A stretch of 64,000 nucleotides of DNA. Origin: Ilumatobacteraceae bacterium. GTDB lineage: Bacteria; Actinomycetota; Acidimicrobiia; Acidimicrobiales; Ilumatobacteraceae. This document shows, piece by piece, positions 17,876 to 27,737 of the stretch (within the stretch, counting starts at the first letter, position 1; each line of letters opens with the position of its first letter). The translations under genes were made by a program, and so were the position numbers. Under the pieces are notes generated by a model that was not told the origin of the DNA, made no database searches, and saw nothing but the letters and a program-made list of their open reading frames with translations. The stretch is taken from assembly GCA_049458915.1 (NCBI GenBank), contig JBMUCX010000001.1, positions 389 through 64,388 of the forward strand, given 5' to 3'.

Positions 17876-19114
17876 GTGAGCAAGTGGGACCTGTCACCGG
17901 ATCCGCACGACTGGCGCTATGTCGTCGGGATGATCGGCAGGATCCTGATCTCCATCGGGATCCTCATGTTCGGGTTCGTGGCCTATCAACTCTGGGGAAC
18001 CGGCCTCGAGACCGCCCGAGCCCAGAGCTCACTCGGTGACCGCTTCGAGGCCGTGGTCACCCAGAGCGAGCCCGGCGACACGGACGTCACGGTCGTCCCC
18101 GCCACGACCGCGCCCGATTCCGCTGCGTCGGACGATGCAGACGCCGGAGCCGCGTCCGTCGACGAACCCGACGAGGGTGTTCCGTCGGCTGACGACCGCA
18201 GCGCCACGCCGCTCGCGGTCGACCAGGACATTCCCGAGATCGTCCCCGGTCAAGCGTTCGCTCGGCTCGAACTCCCGACGATCGGCAAAGACCTGTTCGT
18301 CGTGCCCGGCGTCGGGGTCGAGGATTTGAAGAAGGGCCCGGGCCACTACCCCGACACACCGCTTCCCGGACAGCTCGGCAACGCCTCGATCGCCGGGCAC
18401 CGCACGACCTTCGGCGAGCCGTTCATCGACGTCGACCAGCTCGCACCCGGTGATCAGATGATCGTCACCATGATCACGGGTGACCGCTTCGTCTACGAGG
18501 TGACCGGCACCCAGATCGTGACGGCCGCCGACTACTGGGTCGTCACGACGACCGATCCGACCGTCGCCGAACTGACCCTCACCTCCTGTCATCCGAAGTA
18601 CAGCGCACGCGAGCGGATCGTCGTGAAGGGCATCCTCGTCCCCGAGCTGTCCGACCCCGTCGGATTCCCCGAGTTCTACGCACAGGACGCGACGGCGCCC
18701 GTCCCGATGCCGGGTGACGACCCCACGCTCGAGGAGCCGGTGCCCGACACCACGATCAGCGACGAGACGCCGACGTCGGTGCCCGACGAGGTCGATGTCG
18801 GCGGATCGAACGGCGCGACGCCCGGTGGCGGGACGCCCGACGACGGAACCACCGACGGCGGAGCGAGCGCCGTCGGCGCAGCTGCCGACGGAGCCGCAGA
18901 CGCGTTCTCACGCGGCTGGTTCGACGACCGGGCGGCCTGGCCGCAGATCGCTCTGTGGGGTTCGGCGCTGACGATCATCTCGATCCTCGCCTACCGTCTG
19001 AGTCGACGGACCCGCCACGACACGATCGGCTTCGCCGCCGGGATCGTGCCGTTCCTGGTGTCGCTCTACTTCTTCTTCCAGAACGTCAACCGGTTGCTGC
19101 CGCCCGGACTCTGA
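17876..19114 (+). CDS. Class E sortase with a long acidic/Pro-rich C-terminal extension and two C-terminal TM helices
   Basis: The N-terminal TM helix is MIGRILISIGILMFGFVAYQLWGT. The catalytic His is in IAGHRTTFG and the catalytic Cys in LTLTSCHP (TLxTC). The start is uncertain (GTG 17876 or ATG 17930). The track ORF upstream of about 17780 is antisense to ccmA. Confidence 0.85.
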   Translation: MSKWDLSPDPHDWRYVVGMIGRILISIGILMFGFVAYQLWGTGLETARAQSSLGDRFEAVVTQSEPGDTDVTVVPATTAPDSAASDDADAGAASVDEPDEGVPSADDRSATPLAVDQDIPEIVPGQAFARLELPTIGKDLFVVPGVGVEDLKKGPGHYPDTPLPGQLGNASIAGHRTTFGEPFIDVDQLAPGDQMIVTMITGDRFVYEVTGTQIVTAADYWVVTTTDPTVAELTLTSCHPKYSARERIVVKGILVPELSDPVGFPEFYAQDATAPVPMPGDDPTLEEPVPDTTISDETPTSVPDEVDVGGSNGATPGGGTPDDGTTDGGASAVGAAADGAADAFSRGWFDDRAAWPQIALWGSALTIISILAYRLSRRTRHDTIGFAAGIVPFLVSLYFFFQNVNRLLPPGL

Positions 19115-19139
19115 CGCCGGAGGGTCGGCACGTCCGGCC

Positions 19140-19700
19140 TCAGCGGAGCGCGTCTCGGATCCGAACGAAGCCGAACGGGAGCCCCGAAGCGAGGATCGCA
19201 TCCATCAGCGCCCCGAGTCGCGGCGTCAGACGGAACTCGACTCCGGCATCGGCGTGCGCCTCGATCAGGTCGTCGATCGGTTCGACCCGTTCGGGATGCA
19301 CGACGACGGACGCCACGAACTGACCGTCGCCCCAGGGGACGAAGGGGGCGCCGTCGAAGCTGTATCGGTACAGGCGGGTCGATCGGATCGACGCGAGCGA
19401 CTCGTTCTCGACGGCGCAGATCCGCGACGCCTCCGTCCCGAACCGGTCGGTGAGCACCGCCTGCTCCGCAGCGTCGCGGGCCCAGACGCTGATGCGCGGC
19501 ACCGCTCTGGGGAACCAGTACAGCGGGGAGTGGGCATCGTCGACCGCTTGCACCACCGGTGGGTGGCCGGGATTGCTCGAGGGGACCGTCGGGGCGAACC
19601 GCCGCAACGTACCGTCCTCGTTGAACACGTGAACGATCGCCGGCGGAGACGACGTGCCAGGTGATCCCTCGAACCCACCCTGCGGCGCCGACATCGACAT
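19140..19700 (-). CDS. Conserved hypothetical protein (DUF6886-like by motif recall)
   Basis: The motif HSPLYWFPRAVPRISVW resembles the LYWFPR.CPR signature I associate with DUF6886. This was not verified. Confidence 0.45.
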   Translation of the reverse strand: MSMSAPQGGFEGSPGTSSPPAIVHVFNEDGTLRRFAPTVPSSNPGHPPVVQAVDDAHSPLYWFPRAVPRISVWARDAAEQAVLTDRFGTEASRICAVENESLASIRSTRLYRYSFDGAPFVPWGDGQFVASVVVHPERVEPIDDLIEAHADAGVEFRLTPRLGALMDAILASGLPFGFVRIRDALR

Positions 19701-19754
19701 GACACGATTGTCGCACGCGATCGACCCGGAGTCGGCGACGAGCGCCCCGAGTCG

Positions 19755-20489
19755 TCAACGACCCCGGAACATCGGCGTTCGCTTGTCGAGGAATGCCGAA
19801 CGACCTTCGGCCGCATCGGCACTCCGCCACACGGAGAGCCGAGTCGCCTCGAGCGCTTCGTCGGGTTCGGACCCACCGGACACGAACTCCAACGACCGCT
19901 TGTGTCCGGCGATCGACAGCGGCGCGAGGAGGGCGATCCGACCGGCCCATTGCAGGGCGTCGTCGAGATCGCCGAGGCGGTGGACGACACCCGCTCCATG
20001 GAGGCGTTCGGCGTCGTAGACCTCGGCGGCGAGCAGCATCCCCCGGGTCACCGGCCACCCGAACTCTCGACCCATCCGCTCGACGGTCCATTGGTCGATC
20101 ATCAACCCGAGTCGAGCGGCCGGGATCGCGAAGGTGCTCCCGGGGGTGGCCACGCGGAGGTCGCACACCGACACCAGTTGAGCTCCGGCTCCCATCGCAG
20201 GCCCGTCGACGGCGACGACGACCGCAGCGTCGAGTTCGGTGAACCCCTCCAACACGGCACGCAGGTCGGCGGCGAACACGCCCTCCTCGACACCTGCGAG
20301 ATCGGCTCCGGCGCAGAACGCCGGCGGAGTACCGGTGAGGACGACGACCCGGGCTCCTCGACAGGCCTCGAGTGCGTCGAGCAGTTGGAGGAGCGTGGCA
20401 TGGTCGAGGGCGTTGCGCCGATCGGGCCGATCGAGGGTCACGACGATCACGTCGGGGCCGACGTCGTCGCGTCGCTCCAGCCGTACCAT
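19755..20489 (-). CDS. Enoyl-CoA hydratase/isomerase (crotonase) family protein
   Basis: VIVVTLDRPDRRNAL and FCAGADL (oxyanion hole) are present. The start is at ATG 20489; the longer track ORF is an upstream run-on. Confidence 0.85.
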   Translation of the reverse strand: MVRLERRDDVGPDVIVVTLDRPDRRNALDHATLLQLLDALEACRGARVVVLTGTPPAFCAGADLAGVEEGVFAADLRAVLEGFTELDAAVVVAVDGPAMGAGAQLVSVCDLRVATPGSTFAIPAARLGLMIDQWTVERMGREFGWPVTRGMLLAAEVYDAERLHGAGVVHRLGDLDDALQWAGRIALLAPLSIAGHKRSLEFVSGGSEPDEALEATRLSVWRSADAAEGRSAFLDKRTPMFRGR

Positions 20490-20501
20490 GGTCGGAACTG
20501 T

Positions 20502-20792
20502 ATGACGACGCCATCCGACCGAACGACTCACGAACCATCCGGTGTCGACCCGGTGACCGCCCGCCGGGCCCGGGTCGCCGCCGTCACGCTGATCGCCAAT
20601 CGTGTCGGCTACCTCGTCCTGGCGCTCGCCGTGTCGCTGTTCTTCATCGCCTTCCTGTTCGGCTTCACCGCTCCGATGGCGACGGCGATCATCGTGTGCC
20701 TCGTCGTGTCGTTCGCCCTGCTCGCTCCCTCGATCGTGCTCGGATACGCCGTCAAGGCCGCCGACCGCGCCGATGCGGAGCAGAGTTGGTGA
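20502..20792 (+). CDS. Small two-TM membrane protein
   Basis: The 96-aa protein has hydrophobic segments VGYLVLALAVSLFFIAFLFGF and ATAIIVCLVVSFALLAPSIVLGY. Confidence 0.5.
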   Translation: MTTPSDRTTHEPSGVDPVTARRARVAAVTLIANRVGYLVLALAVSLFFIAFLFGFTAPMATAIIVCLVVSFALLAPSIVLGYAVKAADRADAEQSW

Positions 20793-20874
20793 GCGCCGTC
20801 GATCATCGGGCGCCCACCGCCGTCCACGGCACCGCTGCGCGCCCCCGGCGAACGACGCTACGGTCCACGGCACG

Positions 20875-21492
20875 ATGAGTAGCGCCCGTCTCACCGCCGA
20901 CGCCCGACGTCAGCAGATCCTCGACGTGGCGATCGTCATCTTCGGCCGCGCCGGATACTTCGGGGCCTCGATGAACGACGTGGCCGAGGCGGCGGGGGTG
21001 ACGAAGCCGGTGCTCTATCAGCACTTCGACTCGAAGGGTCAGCTCTACGGGGCGCTCCTCGACGAGGTCGGAGCGAGAATGCTCGACTCGATCACCCGAG
21101 CCACCGCCGACTGCCGCGACGGCAAGGAGCAGACCGAACTCGGATTTCGCGCCTACTTCCGCTGGGTGGCACAGCGACACGACGAGTTCATGCTGCTGTT
21201 CAGCGGCTCGGCTCGACACGATCCCGAGTTCAGCACTCAGGTTCGACGGATCACGGACGCCGCCGCGGAGGCCATCGCTCCGCTCATCGCCGTCGACATC
21301 GACCCGGATCAGCGGGCGACGATCGCCCACGGACTCGTCGGCCTCGCCGAAGGGGTCAGTCGCCGACTCGTCGCACTCGGTCAGGATTTCGATCCCGACG
21401 AAACGGCAGCCGTCGTGAGCGGACTGGCCTGGGCCGGACTCAGGGCGACACCGCCGCTCGTGACTCAGGCCCGCCGGACCAACCCGCGATAG
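20875..21492 (+). CDS. TetR/AcrR family transcriptional regulator
   Basis: The HTH region reads RRQQILDVAIVIFGRAGYFGASMNDVAEAAGVTKPVLYQHFDSK. Confidence 0.9.
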   Translation: MSSARLTADARRQQILDVAIVIFGRAGYFGASMNDVAEAAGVTKPVLYQHFDSKGQLYGALLDEVGARMLDSITRATADCRDGKEQTELGFRAYFRWVAQRHDEFMLLFSGSARHDPEFSTQVRRITDAAAEAIAPLIAVDIDPDQRATIAHGLVGLAEGVSRRLVALGQDFDPDETAAVVSGLAWAGLRATPPLVTQARRTNPR

Positions 21493-24400
21493 CCGTCGAC
21501 GAATCCGGCGGACCGCAGCGCCGCAGCGACGTCGTCGGGTACCGGCCCGCCATCGACCCGACGCACCTCCACCGACCGCTCACAGCCGGATGCCACCAAG
21601 TCGGCGAGGACCGCGGCCCAACGACCGGACCCGCTCGCTGCCGGGAACGAGACGAGATGGTTGGACGACCGATCGAACCAGACGACGGGTGTGCCGTCCT
21701 CGAGCACCACGATCGCGCTGCCGTTCCGCGTCGGGCGGCCGGAGGTCGACGGCCACGGCAGCGTCGATCCATACGGCTGCGCAGGGTCGGTCGCCGCCAG
21801 GACGAGTGGACGGACGTCGTCGATGTCGGTCACGGGCTCCCGATGCGACCGCAGCCGGTCGACGGCACCCGGCAGGGCGAACTGGGCCCCTCCGAGTCCG
21901 ACGACGAAGTAGCCACGGCGGGCCTGTCCGCGCTCCTCGAGCACCTTCAGCACCGGGTAGACCGCTGCGTACCCGCCGACCACTCCCTCGGCGGCCGCCA
22001 CCTCCCGGGTCACGACGCCGTGCCGCTCCAGCAGTTGGATCGCACGCGCATGAGCGATCTCGGTCGACGTCCGGTCGCCCGGACCGGACATCGACGTCAA
22101 CAGACTCCAGCGACCCGCAGCAGCCGGTGGGCCGAGCCGGGTGAGTCGGACCGGTCGAGGACGACGAGCGGCGGTCCGGCGGGCCGCCGACGACGGCGGG
22201 CGGGCGACTCCTCCCGACCCGAGGAGTGCACGCAGCGGCGCCAACGTGTCGTTCGTGACCTCTCCCGCCCAGACGAGGTCCCAGAGTGCCACGAGCAACT
22301 CCGTGTCGGTCGCTGCAGCGTCCGCCGCACGGAGCTGACCCCAGAAGCTCGCGCCGTGTTCGGTGAGGAACCTACGAACGGCCTGGTGGAGTGGGCCCTC
22401 GAGAGGTTCACCGCTCGGCGGCCAGCCGGGCGCGAGAACGTCGAGTTGATCGGCGAAGCAGAGCCTGATGCGACCGTCCCGTCCTCCGATCGCGCCGGCT
22501 CCGGTCCAGACGACCTCGCCCGCCGCGCACAACTCGTCGAGGTCGGCCGGCCGGTATCCGCGGACCCGAGCGGGGAGGACATCGCGCTCCAGCGTCGACG
22601 CCACGAGCGGTGCACCGGCGAGGACGCCCAGCGCGTCGACGAGGACGTCGACACCACCGCGGTCGGCCGGGATGCCGTGCCACCCGACGACGAATCGCGC
22701 CAACGCCGCTGGCTCGACCGGCTCGACGTCACGGCGCAACGCAGCGAGGGATCGCCGTCGCAACTGTCGCAGGACGTCGGCGTCACACCATTCGCGCTGC
22801 ACCCCGTCCGGACGGAACTCACCGCGCACCACGCGGTCCGACTCGGCGAGCGACCGCACGGCACCTTCGACCCGCTCGACGGTCGTCGCGAACCGCTCCG
22901 CCACTTCACCGAGGAGGAAGGGGCCGTGGGTTCGGGCGTAGCGCCCGACCAGCATCTCCAGCGGTCGGGTGATCGGATCGGTGAACGCCGTCGGCAATCC
23001 GCGCGGCAGCGCACACCCGAGGGCGTCGCGGTACGCGGCGGCGTCCTCGGCGGCGGCGTACCGGACCGCCGAGCCGACCATCACCTCGATCGCCCTCCGC
23101 TCGGCGAGCAGGACGCCGAGTCGATCGGCGCCGTCGGCATCACAGCGGGCGAGCACCTCGTCGAGCGTCAAGTCACCGACCGCACGGAGGACGTCGTGGA
23201 GTTCGTCCGCCGACCGGGCCTGCCGGTGCGCGGCGAGCCGCTGGAGTTCGAGCTCGACGTCGGCCAACACGGCCGGATCGAGGAGCTCGCGGAGCTCCTC
23301 GGCCCCCAGCAGTTCGCGCAGCAGATCCCGGTCGAGTGACAGCGCTGCCGCCCGACGTTCGGCGAGCGGAGCGTCTCCCTCGTACATGTACTGGGCGATC
23401 CAGTTGAACAGCAGGCTCGATGCCATCGGACTCGCCGACGGGGTGTCGACGCTGACGAGGCGGATCCGCCGTGACTGCAGACCGGCCAACACCTCGCGGA
23501 GCGCCGGTACGTCGAACACGTCCTGCACGCACTCGCGGGTCGTCTCGAGCAAGATCGGGAACGTCGGATACTTCGACGCGACGGCGAGCAGGTCGGCGGC
23601 ACGCTGGCGCTGCTGCCACAGCGGCGTCCGCCGATCCGGCCGGCGCCGTGGCAGCAGCAGCGCCCGCCCGGCGCACTCCCGGAACCGGGCGGCGAACAGC
23701 GAGGTCTGTGGGAGGCCCGATACGACCAGTTCGTCGACCTCGGTCGGATCGAGGACGAACACCTCCGGGTCGATCCGATCGGCCGACTCGGGCAGCCGGA
23801 TCACGATCCCGTCGTCGCTCCACATCGTCTCGACGGGGAGGTCGAAGCGGTCGAGCAGGCGACGCTCGATCGCCATCGCCCACGGTGCGTGGACGGGTGT
23901 GCCGAACGGGCTCAGGATGCAGATCCGCCAGTCACCGATCTCGTCGCGGAACCGCTCGACGACGATCGTCCGGTCGTCGGGGACGGCCCCGGTCGCCTCC
24001 ACCTGCTCGGCGACGTACTGGACGACGTTCGACGCAGCGAACGCATCGAGCCCGTACTCGGCGCCGAGGTGGGAGATCGCATCCCCGTCGAATCCTCGGA
24101 CCTCGCGGAGGAACGCTCCGACCGCTCGACCGAGTTCGAGCGGTCGACCGGGCCGATCACCCCTCCAGAACGGCATCTTGCCGGGCTCGCCCGGCGCCGG
24201 TGAGACGGTGACCCGCTGGAACGAGATGTCCTCGATCCGCCACGTCGACGCACCGAGCAGGAACGTCTCGCCGGGGCGACTCTCGTAGACCATCTCCTCG
24301 TCGAGTTCACCGACCCGCGTGCCGTCCGGGAGGAACACGCCATAGAGGCCCCGATCGGGGATCGTCCCACCGCTCGTGACGGCGAGCCGTTTCGCACCGT

Positions 24401-25934
24401 CACGCGCCCGGACGACATCGGTCACGCGGTCCCAGACGATCCGAGGCCGCAACTCGGCGAACTCCTCGCTCGGATACCGACCCGCCAGGAGGTCGAGGAC
24501 GTTGCCGAGCAACTCGTCGGGGAGTTCGTGGAAGCAGGCGCACCGCCGGACCAGGGCGGCGAGTTCGGCCACCGTCACCTCGGTCGACGCGGCGGTGTGA
24601 GCCACGATCTGCTGAGCGAGCACGTCGAGTGGGTTCCGCAGGTACCGGGACGACTCGATCTCCCCCGTGAGCATCCGACGGCCGACGACAGCCGCCTCGA
24701 CGAGGTCACCGCGGTGCTTGGGAAAGATCGTGCCGCGGCTCGTTCGGCCGACCGAGTGACCCGCCCGGCCGATTCGTTGCAGCCCCCGGCTGACGGCACC
24801 GGGGGACTCGATCTGGACGACGAGGTCGACGGCGCCCATGTCGATGCCGAGTTCCAGCGACGACGTGGCGACGATGCCTCGGAGTTCGCCCCGCTTGAGT
24901 TGGTCCTCGATCACGATCCGTTGCTCGCGGGCCAACGATCCGTGGTGGGCGCGGACGAGCTCGACCGGGTCCTCGCCGTCAGCCGGAGGGTGGAGTTCGT
25001 CGTGGAGTTCGTTCAGTTTGGCGGCGAGTCGTTCCGCCGCCCGCCGAGCGTTGCAGAACACGATCGTCGACCGGTGGGCGAGGACGAGTTGGAGCACCTG
25101 CGGATAGATGCTCGGCCAGATGCTGTTCCGCCGCTCCGCCATCGATCCCGCCGTCGGAGCCGCCCCGAACCCGTCCTCGGCAGGAGGCCGGGCCATGTCC
25201 TCCACCGGGACGACGACCTCCACCACGAGATCGTGTGACGCGCCCGGATCGACGATCCGGACCGGACGGGGCGTCTCGGCGTCGGCATAGCCACCGAGGA
25301 AGCGGGCGATCTCCTCGAGGGGGCGCTGCGTCGCCGACAGACCGATCCGCTGCGGAGGCGAGTCGGTGACGGTCTCGAGTCGCTCCAAGGTGAGCGCCAG
25401 GTGAGCACCGCGTTTGGTGGTCGCGAGTGCATGGATCTCGTCGATGATCACGGTCTCGACCCCGCGGAGCGTCTCACCGGCTGCCGACGTCAACATGAGG
25501 TAGAGCGACTCCGGTGTCGTGATCAGCAGGTCCGGCGGTCGACGGACGAGTTTCTGCCGCTCGTTCGACGGTGTGTCCCCCGTCCGCATCGCCACCTCCG
25601 GGGCCACGAACGGCACTCCGATCCGCTCGGCGGCGAGCCCGATCCCGACCAGTGGGGCACGAAGGTTCTTCTCGATGTCGAACGCCAGCGCGCGCAACGG
25701 CGACACGTAGAGGACCCGGGTGCGTCGGGTCCGGTCATCGGGCGGCGGCGTCGTCACGAGACGATCGATCGAGGCCAGGAACGCCGTGAGCGTCTTGCCC
25801 GAGCCGGTCGGCGAGCAGATCAGGGTGTGCTCGCCTCCGGCGATGTACGGCCACCCGGCGACCTGCGGAGGGGTCGGCTCCGGGAACGACGACGCGAACC
25901 ACTCCCGGACCGCTGGCGAGAACGCCTCGAGCAC
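21465..25934 (-). CDS. lhr: Lhr-family ATP-dependent DNA helicase (large helicase-related)
   Basis: The N-terminus LEAFSPAVREWF...PTPPQVAGWPYIAGGEHTLICSPTGSGKTL, the DEIH box and a length of about 1490 aa fit Lhr. The start is uncertain (GTG 25934, alternatives up to 26036). Confidence 0.88.
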   Translation of the reverse strand: MLEAFSPAVREWFASSFPEPTPPQVAGWPYIAGGEHTLICSPTGSGKTLTAFLASIDRLVTTPPPDDRTRRTRVLYVSPLRALAFDIEKNLRAPLVGIGLAAERIGVPFVAPEVAMRTGDTPSNERQKLVRRPPDLLITTPESLYLMLTSAAGETLRGVETVIIDEIHALATTKRGAHLALTLERLETVTDSPPQRIGLSATQRPLEEIARFLGGYADAETPRPVRIVDPGASHDLVVEVVVPVEDMARPPAEDGFGAAPTAGSMAERRNSIWPSIYPQVLQLVLAHRSTIVFCNARRAAERLAAKLNELHDELHPPADGEDPVELVRAHHGSLAREQRIVIEDQLKRGELRGIVATSSLELGIDMGAVDLVVQIESPGAVSRGLQRIGRAGHSVGRTSRGTIFPKHRGDLVEAAVVGRRMLTGEIESSRYLRNPLDVLAQQIVAHTAASTEVTVAELAALVRRCACFHELPDELLGNVLDLLAGRYPSEEFAELRPRIVWDRVTDVVRARDGAKRLAVTSGGTIPDRGLYGVFLPDGTRVGELDEEMVYESRPGETFLLGASTWRIEDISFQRVTVSPAPGEPGKMPFWRGDRPGRPLELGRAVGAFLREVRGFDGDAISHLGAEYGLDAFAASNVVQYVAEQVEATGAVPDDRTIVVERFRDEIGDWRICILSPFGTPVHAPWAMAIERRLLDRFDLPVETMWSDDGIVIRLPESADRIDPEVFVLDPTEVDELVVSGLPQTSLFAARFRECAGRALLLPRRRPDRRTPLWQQRQRAADLLAVASKYPTFPILLETTRECVQDVFDVPALREVLAGLQSRRIRLVSVDTPSASPMASSLLFNWIAQYMYEGDAPLAERRAAALSLDRDLLRELLGAEELRELLDPAVLADVELELQRLAAHRQARSADELHDVLRAVGDLTLDEVLARCDADGADRLGVLLAERRAIEVMVGSAVRYAAAEDAAAYRDALGCALPRGLPTAFTDPITRPLEMLVGRYARTHGPFLLGEVAERFATTVERVEGAVRSLAESDRVVRGEFRPDGVQREWCDADVLRQLRRRSLAALRRDVEPVEPAALARFVVGWHGIPADRGGVDVLVDALGVLAGAPLVASTLERDVLPARVRGYRPADLDELCAAGEVVWTGAGAIGGRDGRIRLCFADQLDVLAPGWPPSGEPLEGPLHQAVRRFLTEHGASFWGQLRAADAAATDTELLVALWDLVWAGEVTNDTLAPLRALLGSGGVARPPSSAARRTAARRPRPVRLTRLGPPAAAGRWSLLTSMSGPGDRTSTEIAHARAIQLLERHGVVTREVAAAEGVVGGYAAVYPVLKVLEERGQARRGYFVVGLGGAQFALPGAVDRLRSHREPVTDIDDVRPLVLAATDPAQPYGSTLPWPSTSGRPTRNGSAIVVLEDGTPVVWFDRSSNHLVSFPAASGSGRWAAVLADLVASGCERSVEVRRVDGGPVPDDVAAALRSAGFVDGYRGLVRRA

Positions 25935-26034
25935 GTGGTGATGGGCGATGTGGCGAGCGTACGCCGGGCGGCCGACACCCGACACGGCACAGGTTGGTCG
26001 GGGCGCGCCGACCGGCCAGACTCGGAGGTCCCCC

Positions 26035-27714
26035 ATGAGTTCGATCACCCTCCGCCCCTGGCAGCGCGCTGCGTTCGAACTCTTCCGGGCCGGTGACGGG
26101 CCGGACTTCCTGGCCGTGGCGACACCCGGCGCCGGCAAGACGACCTTCGCCCTGGCCTGTGCCCGCGCCCAACTGTCGGACTGGGCCGCAGGCGGCAGCG
26201 CCCGCCGCCTGGTCGTCGTCGCGCCGACGAGCCATCTCAAGGTGCAGTGGTCGCTCGCAGCCCACCGGATGGGCCTCCAACTCGACCCGGACTGGTCGCC
26301 GGGTCAGGGTGTCGCTCGCGATCTCCACGGGATCGTCACGACGTACCAGCAACTGTCGACGGGCCCGGCGGCCGACAAGATGCGCGGTATCGCCGCCGGA
26401 GGGATGGTGATCCTCGACGAGGTCCACCACGCCGGCGACGAGCGCGCCTGGGGGGACGGAGTGCTCCGCTCCTTCGAGGTCGCCGAGCGCCGCCTGGCCC
26501 TGTCGGGCACGCCCTTCCGCAGCGACAGCGCCAGGATCCCGTTCGTCCGCTACGACACCACTGCCGAAGGCGACCTCGCTCACGCCGACTACACCTACGG
26601 CTACGCCGACGCCCTTCGCGACGGTGGAGTGGTGCGACCCGTCTACTTCCCGCGGTTCGACGGCCAGATGGAATGGTCGACACCGTCCGGCGACGTGCTC
26701 CGCGCATCGTTCGACGACGCCCTCGCCCGGGATCAGGTCTCGGCTCGGCTCCGCACGGCGCTGAGCCTCGACGGGGACTGGATCGTCACGGTCCTCGGGC
26801 AGGCCCACGACCGACTCCGCCGGATCCGACAGGAGCAGCCCGACGCCGGCGGGCTGGTGATCGCCTCCGATCAGGAGCACGCCCACGGGGTCGCTCGCTT
26901 GCTGCGGTCCCGATTCGATGCACCGGCCGAGGTCGTCGTCAGCGACGATCCGACGGCATCGCGCAAGATCGCCGACTTCGCGGATGCTTCGCGGCCGTGG
27001 CTCGTCGCGGTGCGGATGGTCTCCGAGGGGGTCGACATCCCTCGACTCCGTGTCGGTGTGTACGCCACCACGACGACGACCGAGTTGTTCTTCCGGCAGG
27101 CGGTCGGACGGTTCGTGCGATGGCAAGCCGGACGCGCCTCCCAGAAGGCGTACGTGTACGTCCCCGACGACCCCCGCCTCCGCCACCACGCGTTCCAGAT
27201 CGCCGAAGCACGACGTCACGTGTTGCGTCCCCCGTCGACGGACGAACAGGACGCGCGACCAGGGGACGGCTCCGAACTCGATGTGCAGGTCCACATCGAC
27301 GACCGCATCGAGCAGTTGTCGCTGTTCTCGGTGGTCTCGTCGACGGCGACCGGCGTGAGCTTCCACGCCGTCACCGAGACCGGGGTCGAACTGTTCGACG
27401 ACGAACCCGACCCGGCCGACCCCTCGTTCGTCGACGATCCGGGACTCGTCGTCGACCTGCCCGACGTCCCGACCGAAGCGGGACTCGTGCCGTGGGGCTC
27501 GCTCAGCATCGCCGAGCAGAAGGACGACCTGCGGACCCGCAACGCCGACATCGCCAAACGACTCGTCGACATCACCGGCTGGAACCACGCCCGGGTTCAA
27601 GGCGAGATGAACCGCCTCGCCGGGGTGACGTCGGTGACGAGCGCCACCGTCGATCAGCTCGAGCGTCGGCTCCGGTACGCCGAGTCCTGGCTGCGTCGCC
27701 TCCAGCGGTCCTGA
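26035..27714 (+). CDS. Superfamily 2 DEAD/DEAH-box helicase (ResIII/COG1061-like)
   Basis: GGAGG lies 7 nt upstream of the ATG. Motifs are LRPWQ, Walker A (TPGAGKTT), the DEVH box and SGTPFRSD. The gene is divergent from lhr. Confidence 0.85.
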   Translation: MSSITLRPWQRAAFELFRAGDGPDFLAVATPGAGKTTFALACARAQLSDWAAGGSARRLVVVAPTSHLKVQWSLAAHRMGLQLDPDWSPGQGVARDLHGIVTTYQQLSTGPAADKMRGIAAGGMVILDEVHHAGDERAWGDGVLRSFEVAERRLALSGTPFRSDSARIPFVRYDTTAEGDLAHADYTYGYADALRDGGVVRPVYFPRFDGQMEWSTPSGDVLRASFDDALARDQVSARLRTALSLDGDWIVTVLGQAHDRLRRIRQEQPDAGGLVIASDQEHAHGVARLLRSRFDAPAEVVVSDDPTASRKIADFADASRPWLVAVRMVSEGVDIPRLRVGVYATTTTTELFFRQAVGRFVRWQAGRASQKAYVYVPDDPRLRHHAFQIAEARRHVLRPPSTDEQDARPGDGSELDVQVHIDDRIEQLSLFSVVSSTATGVSFHAVTETGVELFDDEPDPADPSFVDDPGLVVDLPDVPTEAGLVPWGSLSIAEQKDDLRTRNADIAKRLVDITGWNHARVQGEMNRLAGVTSVTSATVDQLERRLRYAESWLRRLQRS

Positions 27715-27737
27715 CCGGCTGCCCTACGCTCGGGGCC

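Noticed and set aside
19066-20538. 490-aa and 244-aa minus-strand Arg-rich ORFs
   Set aside because: They are alternative frames over the DUF6886-like and crotonase genes. They are extremely Arg/Pro-rich and no motifs were recognised.
26036-26036. Lhr start at the ATG at 26036 (MGDLRV...)
   Set aside because: This start would overlap the divergent helicase ATG (26035) and its Shine-Dalgarno sequence. Lhr homology begins about 30 codons downstream, so a start near 25934 is preferred.
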